In this document: positions 45,300 through 58,780 of the stretch, in pieces
Position numbering within the stretch: position 1 is the stretch's first letter
How the letters are laid out: each line of letters begins with the position of its first letter
Source of the DNA: the human T2T-CHM13v2.0 reference genome, Homo sapiens
Direction: 5' to 3' (one strand)
DNA: 64,000 nt
Assembly (NCBI RefSeq): GCF_009914755.1
Contig: NC_060930.1
Notes under the pieces: model-generated
Told to the model about the DNA's origin: nothing
Seen by the model: the letters and a program-made list of their open reading frames with translations, nothing else
The model's database searches: none
Position numbers and translations under genes: made by a program

Positions 45300-46985
45300 G
45301 CCAAATGCATTGATGCATTTTCTTCTGACTCATCTTACATGGCTGCCTGGAAGCATGAGACTGGTGATCACTACTGCCTTCAGACTCCTCTCTACCAGAA
45401 CACTTCATTGTCCTGCTTTTACTCCTACCACCCTGGCTGCTCCTTCTCAGTGTCTTTGGACGGCACATCTTCCTCTGCCTGAAGAGAAAATGTTAGTGTC
45501 CCAGGGCTTAGTCCTCTACTGTCTTCTCTATTCTCTCGGTGTGATCCATGACCTTTAAACACCATTTATAACCAAGTAATTCTCAAATTCCTATCTCTCA
45601 CCCAGCAACCTCCCTACTGAGCTCCAGCATTTATACCCAACTTCATATTCAACATCTCACCTGAATTTCTCAAAAGGATCTCAAATTTCACATGGCCAAA
45701 AAGAACTCTTGATTCCATTTATTTTCCTTACACTCTCTCCCCACCGCCCTCTGCCCACTAACCTTCCCCATCTCAGGAAATGGCATCACTATCGATTATA
45801 ATCACAGAAGCCAAAATCAAGATGTCATTTTTGACTCCTCTTTCCCTTAATTGACAACTCCAAACCATCAGTAAATCCTTAAGATTTCTCATGTATATAC
45901 CAAATCCATTTTCTTCTCTCCAAATCCAATCTAACCATTCTAACTCAAGCCATCATCTCTCACCTAATAACTGCAATGGCCTATTAGCTGTCTTCCCTAC
46001 TGCTGTTCTTGCCCCACTCCTCTACAATTTCTTCTTCCACAGAATAGCCAAGACTGATTGTAAACACCTAGGACAAGGAATATCTGTTCCATGTCCCCAA
46101 TACATGGGAACAGTATCTGCCTCATAGTAGGCACTCAATGTGCTCAGGAGTGAAAGAATGAAGTCACTCCCCGGCATCTTCTGACATGCAGAATAGAATC
46201 CAGACTCCCTACAACCCCTAACATTATTATCAGGCCTTCCTCACCTCACAGTCCTGCTCACTAAGCTCCAGACTCACTGGAGTTCTTCAAACTTCTCGAA
46301 CTCATTTCCGCCTTGGAGATTTTTTGTTCCCTCCACCTGAACACTTCTCCCTTCACGTCTGGCTTCTTCTCATCATTCAGGTAACAATGTTACCTCCTCA
46401 GAGGCCTCCCTGACCAGCTACTCAAGGAGCTCTGCCCATCCTCTGCCACCTCACCAATCTTCTTTTCCTCTTAGTACTTAACACTAGCTGCATCATCTCA
46501 CTATCTGTTTACTTACTGATCCTCCCCTCTAAAATGCAAGCCACTACCAGGCAGCATGGTGGTTCATGCCTGTCATCCCAATACTTGGAAGGCCCAGGCA
46601 GGAGATCACTTGAGCCTAAAAGTTCAAGACCAGCCTGGGTAACAGTGAGACCTCATCTCTACAGAAAATACAAAAATTAGCCAGCAGTCAGTGCACATGC
46701 CTGTATTCCCAGCTGAGCCTGAGAGGCTGAAGTGAGAGGACTGCTTGATCCTGGCAGGTCAAGGCTGCAGAGACCTATGATTGCACAACCGCACTCCAGC
46801 CTGACTGACAGAGTGAGACACTGTCTCAAAAACAAAACAAAACAAACAAACAAACAAAACCTAAAAAATGTTTTTAAAAGTAAAATACAAGCCTCCGTAG
46901 AGCAAGAACCTTATCTTTCTTGTTCAATGATGTATCCCCAGAGGCTTATACAATGTCTAGCACACCATATTTATTGAAAGAATAA
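45300..46985 (+). mobile_element. L2 remnants containing an AluJ (46548-46860)
   Basis: Pyrimidine-rich L2-like motifs (gtcccagggcttagtcct, ctgcaatggcctattagctg, tgtatccccagaggct...atttattgaa). Confidence 0.7.
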
Positions 46986-47093
46986 TTCACAAACATTTCT
47001 AATGCCAAGGTAACAAGCACTATGCTAGGTAACCATTTTTTTTTTAATTAAAGAAAAACAGAAATCAAAATATTGGTATGAAAAGTAATTTGG

Positions 47094-47831
<738 letters not shown>

Positions 47832-48521
47832 TGATATTGCTTAAAAAGTGTCTGATGATCACGTTCTTCACTTTCTTAATGCAAAATTTATGTAATTAGG
47901 CTATAACTCAGGAAAATACTATCCAGAAGACTTTATGTCTTCATCATCTTTTCAGAGTATAAAAATACACATTTCATCCAGTCTGAAAAATCATGACTCT
48001 CTCAACCCTTTCTGTTCACACACATAAATATTACAACATGACAATAGAGGTTATCAACTCACCATTTATTGCTTGGCCTCAGATTAATTTACCAGCTTCA
48101 TTCAAGCCAGGAAGTGATCAAATTCCAATTATTAATCAAGTTCATTTCACCAAAGTCATCACTAAAGTTAAGATTCACCCCTTACCCCCCAATACCTATT
48201 ATGAAAGAACATGTTCAGTTGGGTTTAGGCCAGAGTTATGTTTCATTGTTACCACAGTATTCCTAGAAGTCCATCTAATTCAGAACCACAGCAGAAAACA
48301 ATATTATTAGTTGTAACCATACCAGTTATTACCACTATCATTATGACATCACTAAACACCTTATGGCAAGCATCAATTAAGAGGTAAATGTAAAGCTCAA
48401 AGCAATGAACAAATGACATTTTTTCAGCTCAAGTGTTTCCTGTAACATTTTATTTTCGCACACTATAAAAGTATAATACTCTACCTCAAAATGTTTTAAG
48501 AGTTGAATATATGTTTTCGCT

Positions 48522-48816
48522 TTTGTTTTTTAAAGAGACAGAGCCTCACTCTGTTGCCCGGGCTGGAGTGCAACGACATGATCTCAGCCCACTGCAACCT
48601 CAGCCTCCCGGGTTCAGGCAATTCTCCTGCCTTCAGCCTCCTGAGTAGCTGGGATTACAGGCGCACGCCACCACGCCCGGCTAATTTTTGTATTTTTAGT
48701 AGAGACTGGGTTTCACCGCGTTGGCCAGGCTGGTTTGTAACTCCTGACCTCAAGTGATCCGCCCACCTCGGCCTCCCAAAGTGCTGGGATTATAGGCATG
48801 AGCCACTGCGCCTGGC
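48522..48816 (-). mobile_element. AluSx-like
   Basis: Reverse Alu dimer. Confidence 0.93.
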
Positions 48817-49127
48817 TTATGTTAGTATTTTAAAAAAATTATTTACGAAAAGGAACATACTTAGCACAACTAGGTATTAGTAAGTACTCAAAGTATCACT
48901 TTATCATGCTTGATTTCAAAAGCCTACGGGAAATATGTCTATCCTTCATCCAACTTGAAACCAGTATACATTCTGAACAATAGGGTAATCTCAAATGCAA
49001 TCAACCAAATGCATAAAAAGATACCAATTGTTCTATTTTAAATTAGCCTTCTAACCACACTTGCCAATACAAAAAAGAGAGGCTTTTATTTGATATTTGT
49101 AAGGAAACTTAAGAAAACACTCATTTT

Positions 49128-49914
<787 letters not shown>

Positions 49915-51689
49915 CTAAAGTGGTTCTATAGTACCTTTGGCTTTTCCTTTAGTCTAGTTATATATTTGTATAAACAAATAAACCAGTTTCAGGACACCTT
50001 GAATTAATCCACATATTAAGATAAACTCATTTTAATACCAGAAATTATTTACTTATCCCTGCCTTCACACTTTGTTTTCAGACAAGTCCAATTTTAGGGC
50101 TGGAATAATTGCTCAAATTATTCAAAAGATATACTGAACAATATTTCAAAAATAAAAATTTCCTTCCAATTATCAGGAAAAAAGGTCCCTACATGAATCA
50201 ACTCAGAGGTCATTATCTTGACCTTCACCATCTGCTCACTTGCACAAGAAGCAACACAAGTTTTTCATCTAAGGTAGAACTTTTTAAAACTTAAAATTAT
50301 CTAAGATAATTTTAAATATTTATATTTGCTCAAAAAGGGAAGAAACACAATAAATAATTACATTACTATTTCAGCATGTAACTGAAAAAAAACTTTACAA
50401 AGGCATGTCCTGACTTGTCAATAGTTTATTACTGACAAATTGAGATAAAATACATACTTTGGTACAGCTATACTGTCCAAATTTCTTCAATTAGGGTAGT
50501 AATTACAAAGTATCCTCTTCCACTATTATTCTATGCCATAGCAAATGTCTCTCTAGAGGCTGCAACATAACAAAGTCCTTCGTTACCTAACTTTAAATAC
50601 TAAAATGTTCTCTTCTTCCTAGAAAACAATGAAAAATAGACACCATGCCTCAGTGATATACCTCCAAACAAGCTGCTATTATCACGAATAAATTTTAATA
50701 GGTTAGATTGCAAAGACATTACAGATGGCTTTTGACATTTTCAGATAAACTGAAACCACTCCCTCCAGCCCCTAGGGATAATGAAGTAGCTTCTCAATCA
50801 CTGAAGTTACTTAGATGACAGGATTTGTGAATAATCTGTAAACTCGGGAAACCTCTGAACTGTCTCCTTAGGACAAATAACATACAATTTAGAAAAAAAA
50901 AAATCCCTACTTAATACTGCTTTTTACTAAATTCATGCCTACATTAAATTTCAGGATCAAACTTAAGTGAATGATTCAAATCATTCATTAACATACATTA
51001 AGTGTTTCAGGACCAAACTTAAGTGAATGATTCAAATCTAACTCTGGCTTTTTAAAATGTACATATGTCTTTTTAAAAACCACACATCACAAATATCTAA
51101 ACTATCAAAGAATTGCATTATTCGAAATTTCAATAGCCTGATACTAGTGACTCGGTCAGTGCCTGATTTTTTTTAAATAGCAGAAAATATTACCATCAAA
51201 AGACCCCTTTCCAAATGCTGCTTCTGCTTTTTTGTTTTGTAAATAACAGCTTTGGAAATGTATGCAAAAATATCTCTAAGTTACACAAGTCGAGCTCAAA
51301 CACTTTGTGGAGCAAGGTTACTTAACAGGAGTCCCAGAAACAGCCAAAATTGTAGGGAAAATTTTGCGTATGTATATATGGCATTGTTTTTTCTGCGCAG
51401 AATGTCCATATAACTCAGTTTCTCAAAAGGCCTCAAAACTCAAGATTAAAAGTGCCTGGAAAGACCATCATCTTTAGAGAACATATCACAGGCAACCCAA
51501 GACTTATTTTTTATCCCAAGTTAGGGGAGGATTTATCCTAATTTTGTGGCTCCTACACAACTTCTGAGCGACGCAAGCATGAAATGGCTGTCCGATACAA
51601 ACAGACCCCTTCAGATACGGAATGCAGCAAACCCCTAATTTTCCTTGAAGGGGCCACGGAAAGCCAAACGGATTCGTAACCCGGTTGCT

Positions 51690-53100
51690 CAATGGTCCAT
51701 TGGCTACTGCAGGACGCGCCCTCCTCTTACGCCGCAGGGGCTGCGGGGCGGCGACCAGGTTCCTCCGAGGGGCTGAAGTTCCCTTGGGGGTGGCTGAGAG
51801 CGGCCGCATCTCTGGCAGCATCCTCCCTCCCGAAAACGCGCCCTAAAAGTAGCGGCTGCGGGCGTGGGCACAGCCAACCCCAGCCTGCGCCTACCAGAAG
51901 TCGGGAGGGCGCGGAACTGCGGCCCCTCCGAGACGCGCCCGGGCCGCCGCCGCAGCACTGTCGCAGCGACCTTCCCGCCCGGGTCCCCGCGAGCAAACGG
52001 GCAAGCCCCGTTATCACGCAGGTCACACACCCCACGAGTAAAAGGAAAAAACCGGGCAGACAATAAAGCCCAACCCGCGGGGGCCCAAGCGAGCTGGAAG
52101 TTGGGGGCGCTGGGGCTGCAGCCCAAGGAGGAGCGGCGGGGACGACGGGATGCGGGGCTGATGCGCCTGGGACGCGGCAAGCCATATGTCAGCCCGGGTG
52201 CTGACAGCGGGGAGGACACTGGGCACGCGGCGGCGTCGGGGAGGCGGCCGGGGTAAGACAGGCCTGAGGCGGGAGGGGAGCGGCGGCGAGGTCCCGAGGC
52301 GCCGCGGTCGGCCGTGACCCCCACCCCAGCCGGGGCGCTGTCCCGTTCCTTACCGGCAGGGAAGCTGCGGGCTCCGCCGGGGCTATCCCGGCCGCTGGCC
52401 TCCGGAGCCAGGAAGCGCCCCCACATCGCGGGCGAGAGGGCCGGGTGGGCCAGGGACGCCCGACTCCTCACGTCCGTCCTCCTGCTTCTTCGGCGGCGGA
52501 AACTTGCGCGGAGCGTGGGCCTCGGCGACACGGGCAGGAGGAAAGGCGGGATGGCTGGTTAACGGCTGCTCAGCTACGGGCGGGGAGCGCAGGGGCCAGA
52601 TTCGCCGCACTGCCGGCGCCTGCCATGGCCAAGCCGGCTGGGCTGAGGCCCGCGCCGGGGAAGCGGCGACTCGGCGGTGACGGCTGCTAGATCCCCGGCT
52701 GAGCCCAGGCTCAAAGGCTCCAGGCGAAGTTGCAGCTGCGGGTTCTCTCCGCCCCCTCCGCCGGCAGAGCCAGAGCCGGGGCTGGGGCCGCGAGGGGGCG
52801 GGGCCTCGGGCAATGACTTCAGGCGTGCGCGGCGCCGCGCGGGGCGGGGACTGCGGGGGGCGGGGACTGCGGGGGGCGGGTGAGCTACCCCGACCCCGCT
52901 TCGCCTCCTTGGCGGCGACTGGGCTGTCCCGCCCTCCCGCCGCATCCCTCTGTCTCCATCCTCCCGCCCTGCGAGTTGAGTAGAGGGCAGCGACTTGGCC
53001 TATTTTGCGATACTCGCCCCTCCCTTGGGTAATCCCTCACGCCCTCCCTCCGGGCACCTCTGTGAAGACACGTGGAAGACCTGCCCCTGGCGTCACAACC
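51690..53100. promoter_or_regulatory. CpG-island promoter of CEP85L
   Basis: Abrupt very high GC and CpG density around exon 1. GC boxes (GGGGCGGGG near 52795, 52841-52880). Confidence 0.93.
52354..52426 (-). CDS. CEP85L: CEP85L first coding exon (CpG-island isoform), [25 protein letters not shown]
   Basis: ATG at 52426-52424, 73 coding nt, phase-1 donor CCG|GTAAGG at 52353. Joins exon 2 in frame (G|GC = Gly). Peptide recognised as the N-terminus of centrosomal protein 85-like. Confidence 0.95.
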
Positions 53101-53856
53101 GCTGGAGATGAAAAAGCCAAGCCAGGGCGCAGCTGAGGGGGCTTCCAGCCTCCCTTGGAATTAGGATTGGGATTTAAATCCTCATCTGTATTCCTTCGTT
53201 TATAGATTACTTTAGGGGCAGAAAAGGGGTGGTTTTCCTTTACTAATTTAATGGGGGCGTGGGGGCAACACAGGCACCAGAATATAGCACCGGGATGTGC
53301 ACCGGAAAAGGCCCGGGGGTAATTAGTACCCGAGGGGGAGAGGGGCCGTCATTGTAATCGCACAACGTTTCAGATTAGCAAGCAGAAAGTAAAAATGGCA
53401 CCAAAGTCTGTAAAGGGAGCCCTTTCCTCCTTGCCCCCTACTCCTTCACGTTCTTCCTCTTCTTGGCCAGTTTCCACCCTTCACCTGAACCCTTAGTGCA
53501 GGAGGAGACGTCCTAAGGAAGGGCGAAAAGGGACAGCATCGTTTTATTTTTAAATCTTACTTCTCACTGGCAATATGGTGATGCTTCCAACGTTTAGTTA
53601 CGAACTAGTTCGTATAAAAAATTCTGGGCCAGCACTGTGGTGGGAGGCGGGCTCTGCAGTAGGCCCATCACTCAGAGGTAAGTCGGAACGCAGGTCGCTT
53701 AACTAGAGAGGCTTTGAGTTCCGCTTTTCCTGTTCTGGAATCTTGCTAACAAAGGCCTCATATTTGCATTTTTCCCTTAAAGACATTTTAATTGGGAAAT
53801 ACTACTTAAAATTCTTGGAAGTTAAATTAGATTTAGGTGTGTGTTCTATCACTTAC

Positions 53857-53938
53857 CACATCCGTGTTGTAATTTATCTGATTGGAGTTTTACATTTAGT
53901 CTCCCTGTGGTAGACTTCCAATTATTTCTCCAAATCAT
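53857..53938 (-). CDS. CEP85L: CEP85L alternative first coding exon, MIWRNNWKSTTGRLNVKLQSDKLQHGC-G
   Basis: ATG at 53938-53936, 82 nt open, consensus donor GTG|GTAAGT at 53856, same phase 1 as exon 2. Matches my recollection of an alternative CEP85L N-terminus. Not in the ORF track. Confidence 0.85.
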
Positions 53939-54903
53939 GTAATGTTGGCCAAGGGTCAGCTGTTTCTGATGATAAAAAGATACAGAAACATGAAAGACGA
54001 ATGTGATTGGTTCCTTTTTATTATTTTAATGTGCATTAGCTCGTTTTATCTAACACTTGAAGAGGATAGATTTTTTTAAGTCCCAAAAAGAAAATTAGCA
54101 GAAGCTATAGCACTATGTATAGATTTTTTTTTCATGCTTTGTAGTTACCACAGTCTCAGGAACAGAATTTTTGAAATTCATTTGTGATGCAGTTCTAAGA
54201 AGTGTATAAAATATTACAGAAATATCTTGGCCTTTGCGAGTTTAAAATACACTTATTATTTCAAAACTGCCAATTTCCTAATTCTAAACAGTGTTTAAAG
54301 AAAATCGTTTACTCGGGTTTTCTACATCTTTTTATCAATATAAAGGGCATGCTACTACACACAAAAAAAGTACATGCGAAGGTGAAAGTATCTAAAATAT
54401 TTCAATATCTATTACAGAGTAAAAGCAAACAGTAAAAACATGTTGCTCTTTTGGCACTTGGCACCAAATATGAAATTTTTGTGTCCCTAGTAATTAAACT
54501 TGGGAGGATAGAGGGCTAATGCAATTAGAACTAATTGAAATACTAAGTGAGAATATTATGTTGCTAAAGTATCCATTTCTTTTAATCATATGAATTCTGA
54601 GTATATACTGAACTAATGCTTCCCCCCAAATCCATGATACATGGATGATATGTACATGGTATGATACAGCCATGGTTTTCAGAATGATTAAAATTTATCA
54701 TAACACAAGTTGGAGAACCTAAGGACTATCTAACCATTACTAAACCCCATGTGGTAAACTGCCATATTTTTGTTTTGTTGTGACAGTGTGTTAGGACTAC
54801 AAGGAGAATTTTAAAAGCAAAGACAGTTATCGTTGAACCTCAATAAACCTCAATCTTGGCAGTTGTTCTACTGTGCAGATATAAGTAATGAAAATAGTGA
54901 CTC

Positions 54904-54904
54904 T

Positions 54905-54936
<32 letters not shown>
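54904..54936. repeat. (TG)n microsatellite
   Basis: Read directly. Confidence 0.95.
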
Positions 54937-55291
54937 ATAAGTATCATTGCTCAGATGAAATTAGGATATTTAATGTTTTGGGAGGGGACTTTTTAAGAAT
55001 ATAAACTAGATCACAAAAGAAGAAAATAGTACTAAAAATGCCACATTTAATACCAAACTATATTAAACTATTTGTTTAAAATGTCTCATTTCAAAAAAAG
55101 ACATTATTTAAAACTGAAAAATAAGTGTTGCATTTATAATTCTTAAATTTGTATATAAATCTTTGAACTGATTAAGTTGAGCTATCTTACATGTGTTTTT
55201 CTGATTCAAATTTATCAGATTGTGCAAACATCATCTACAGAACTGAAGAGGGATATGACAATGAATAAAAGTGATATTTTTAAATTAGAAG

Positions 55292-55455
55292 AGCCAGGTG
55301 CAGTCACTCATGCCTGTAATCCAGTGCTTTGAGAGACCAAGGCAGGAGAATCACTTAAGCCCAGGAGTTGGAGGCTGTAGTGAGCTGTAATGATTGTGCC
55401 ACCGCACTCAAGCCTGGGCAACAGAGCAAAACCCTGCCTCTAAAAAATAAATAAA
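55292..55455 (+). mobile_element. FLAM/Alu monomer
   Basis: Single arm with A-rich tail. Confidence 0.82.
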
Positions 55456-57654
55456 ATGAGAAGGAAACCCCATGCATAATATGAGGAAAGCTCAAGAGAG
55501 CTTTATATTTACAAAAATATAAAATATATAAATAGCAAAAGAACCCAACAATATGTAGGAAAAGTAAACCAACCAATAACAATTGAAATAGTTCCTAAAG
55601 AACTATTGCTACTACATAGAAAGAGATTTATGAATGAATTCTAAAAGATTCCAAGGACTAGACAATTCTTGTATATCAAGTGTGTATCAAGGACCATGCT
55701 ATACAACCTCTTCCAGATCACAAAGGTGACAAGTTATCCAATTATTTGTGGATTGTTGTAATCCCAAAAATCATTTATAATTTAAAAAAACACTCTTTCT
55801 TTTGAAGATGGATTTGACTATCTTAATTGGATCCCTGGCAGGTAGAATTCAAATAGGTGAATGGAAAACAAATAGGTTACTTAACCTGTGCCTCAATTCC
55901 CTTACCTGTAAATTGGGGATTATAATGATAACTGCCTCACAGGATTGCTGTGGGGTTTAAACATGTTAATCTTTGTAAAATAGTTAGAACAGTGTATGTG
56001 TACATCCTATATTGGTAATACAGACAAACATACAATTTAGAAATGTAACTGTTATAGCTCACCAAGAAAAAATAACATTCATTGGTATAGGCCAGGTCAG
56101 TTGTAGATGATAATTTATATACATGTATCAGAATAAAGTAGTGACTGGGATCTTTTCCTGACCCTTTGGGGTTACTAATTAGTCCAGGAATTATGGTGAA
56201 ATAGTACACTCTTAACAAATATATACCAAATTTTTGGGAGCCAAGTTCATAGAAACCTTCATTCTAGGCTGTGATTTCTTACCCAGTGCTACCAAAATAA
56301 AGGAAGGAAAATTAGGGAGAGGTAGCTAGGTGGTATGGCGAGGCCAAGACAAGGACACCTTATCTCAAGTCCCTGATTCCTGGGAGGTACAGAAAATGAA
56401 TCTCACCTGTACCTTTGACTCCAGAGTTGGGTTGCAATAACCAATAAGAAAGAAGGTATGATATGGACCACTGAAGCAGTCCTTGGGATAGGAAGTGGGT
56501 GTGGGAGGGATAGAATTCTGCCAACAGATAAAGTCTTCCAAAGGACCATCAATGTTTTCAGGAACTGCTTAGGACTGACATCTTTGTCAATGGAACTTAT
56601 TATGGTAACCACCTGGTCATCCTGAGCGTATGAAAAGAGACAAGATCATTTACTTGTTTGGGACAGCAACCTGGACAGTGCATAAGAAGACAAATTCTTC
56701 CCTCCCTGCCTGCTTTTTCAGACACTGGAACAGTAAGTAGAAGGATGGAAGTGTGGATTCAAGAAAGCAGATCATGCCTTCACACACAAACCCACACACA
56801 GCCTCCTACCTGACCTGCCCTGGTGGGGAAGAGGACTGTTGAAAGCTGAAAATGTTCAAAATGTTGGGGAATTGGATTGAGATGTACTCAGTGGAAAAGG
56901 GGATTTTCAACAGTGTACAGCTGGCAGTGTTATTGGGGGAGAAAAAACTTTGAGTATATACTTCCAATGATTTGAGACTTCTCACTAAACCAGTTACCTA
57001 TTTTATGTTGAGTAGTTAGTAATACCTCCATTTTACAGATGGGGAAAAAAGACCAAAGAGAAGTTAGGGAAGGTCACACAGGAAGTAAAGAGCTAGAATT
57101 CAAATCTGATCCATGTGACTCCAAAGCCCATGCCTTTTCCGCCATGCTCTTCAACATGCTGTGAAATAAAAATTAGAAGATTTCTTTTCAGATGCCATAT
57201 GAGAAGGAAATACCTAACTATAGGATTTCTGTATAGTGTTAGGGTTCAGCTAAGACTGGAAACCATGTGACATTAATCTGCGGTGGTATATGGTTTTCTT
57301 TAGCTGTAGCCAGCAGTTTGAGTGTAGGAAGAAAGAAGGCAGATAGATAAACAGGGTTTTGCAGTGTGGGCACTCAAACAGGAAAAAGGGGCAAAGAATG
57401 TAAGGATATTGGCAGAAGAATAGATGAAGTGATGGGAAACTGGGTGTAGCCTATCTGGAAAAAGCAGTTAAATCAAGGCAAAGCTGAAATGTGGAGAGAA
57501 GGTCATGGGAATAAAGGAGTGGAACTTTTACAATTGAAAAGCAAATATAATGAGAGTAAGGGAGTAAAAGTTGGAAAGATACGATGTTAGGGTGGGAGAG
57601 GAGGATGCTGAAGTTTGAGACTGCAGAGATGAGACAGTGGAGGAATTGATCTGT

Positions 57655-58280
57655 GAGGTGACCTTGGAGTGTGTCTCTCTGATCTCCCTTCAAGAAAGAC
57701 CTTGATATTCAGCCATGAGGAATGTAGTTGGCTGACAGCCTCCAACTTTTAGTGCCTGTAGGACGTGCCTCAGCCTTTTTATTTAATTTTATTTTTTATT
57801 GATACATAATAGATGTACATATTTTGGGCATATATGTGATAATTTAATACATTCATATAATTTGTAAAGATCAAATCAGTGTTATTGGGATGTCCATCAT
57901 CTTAAAAATTTTCTTTATGCTAGAAACATTCAAATTATTTTCTTCTAGCTATTTTAAAATATAACAATAGATTATTGTAAACCACAGTCGCCCTACTCCA
58001 TGCTTTTCCCAGATATCCCCAGCCAGTGACAAAGCTCAGCCGAGATACTTGGGCCTGGCCATTCTTTGCAATGCAGAGCCCTTCTAATCATCAGTCCTTG
58101 TTCTCTAGCTTGCTGTTGAGTTGACTGGGAACTTGTCAGATGTGCATTGTGGTCTGAGCCTTTCCTTTCCAGTCCTGCTTCCTGTGCCTTTCATCTTTCA
58201 CAGGTGTTACCTTCCAATAAGCCTCTTACACCCCTAGTTCCATTTTAGCATCCGCTTTCCAGAAAAGCCAACTGACACAT
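57655..58280. mobile_element. MaLR (MLT1-like) LTR interrupted by an antisense L1MA 3' end (~57778-57996)
   Basis: Ends ...caataagcctc...catccgctttccagaaaagccaactgaca. Inserted T-rich L1 3' terminus. Confidence 0.6.
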
Positions 58281-58495
58281 TCTGTGAGGAAGATGAAGAT
58301 TGGGGGTTTTGTTTTAAAAAGGAAAACAGGAGGTCTACACAGCATGATGAAAATGTTTCCCAGAGAGGACAGTATACTGAGGATGAGTTACCAGGAAGGC
58401 AGCATGTAGCAGCATAGACTGAGACTATACAGGAGTATAAATGAGTAAATGTCTTAAGTTCTGAACAGCAGAGAAAGGCAGAATTGAGAGAACTG

Positions 58496-58780
58496 GGCCT
58501 GGCACAGTGGCTCACGCCTGTAACCTCAGCACTTTGGGAGGCTGAGGCTGGCAGAACACTTGAAGTCAGGAGTTCCAGATCAGCATGGCCAACATGGTGA
58601 AACCCCCTCTCTACTAAAAAAATACAAAAATTAGCTGGGCATGGTGGCACATGCCTGTAGTCTCTGCTACTCTGGAGGCTGAGGCATGAGAACTGCTTGA
58701 ACCCAGGAGGCAGAGGTTGCAGCCAAGATCACACCACTGCACTCCAGCCTGAGCGACAGAGTGAGACTGTCTCCAAAACA
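58496..58780 (+). mobile_element. AluS
   Basis: Dimer. Confidence 0.9.

Noticed and set aside
48055-48200. Strong minus-strand donor ATG|GTGAGT at 48062
   Set aside because: The terminal ATG is out of frame with exon 2, upstream frames are closed and there is no convincing acceptor or promoter.
51504-52945. Many long overlapping ORFs (up to 275 aa) in both strands
   Set aside because: Expected from stop-codon scarcity in a CpG island. Only the 73-nt exon has splice and protein support.
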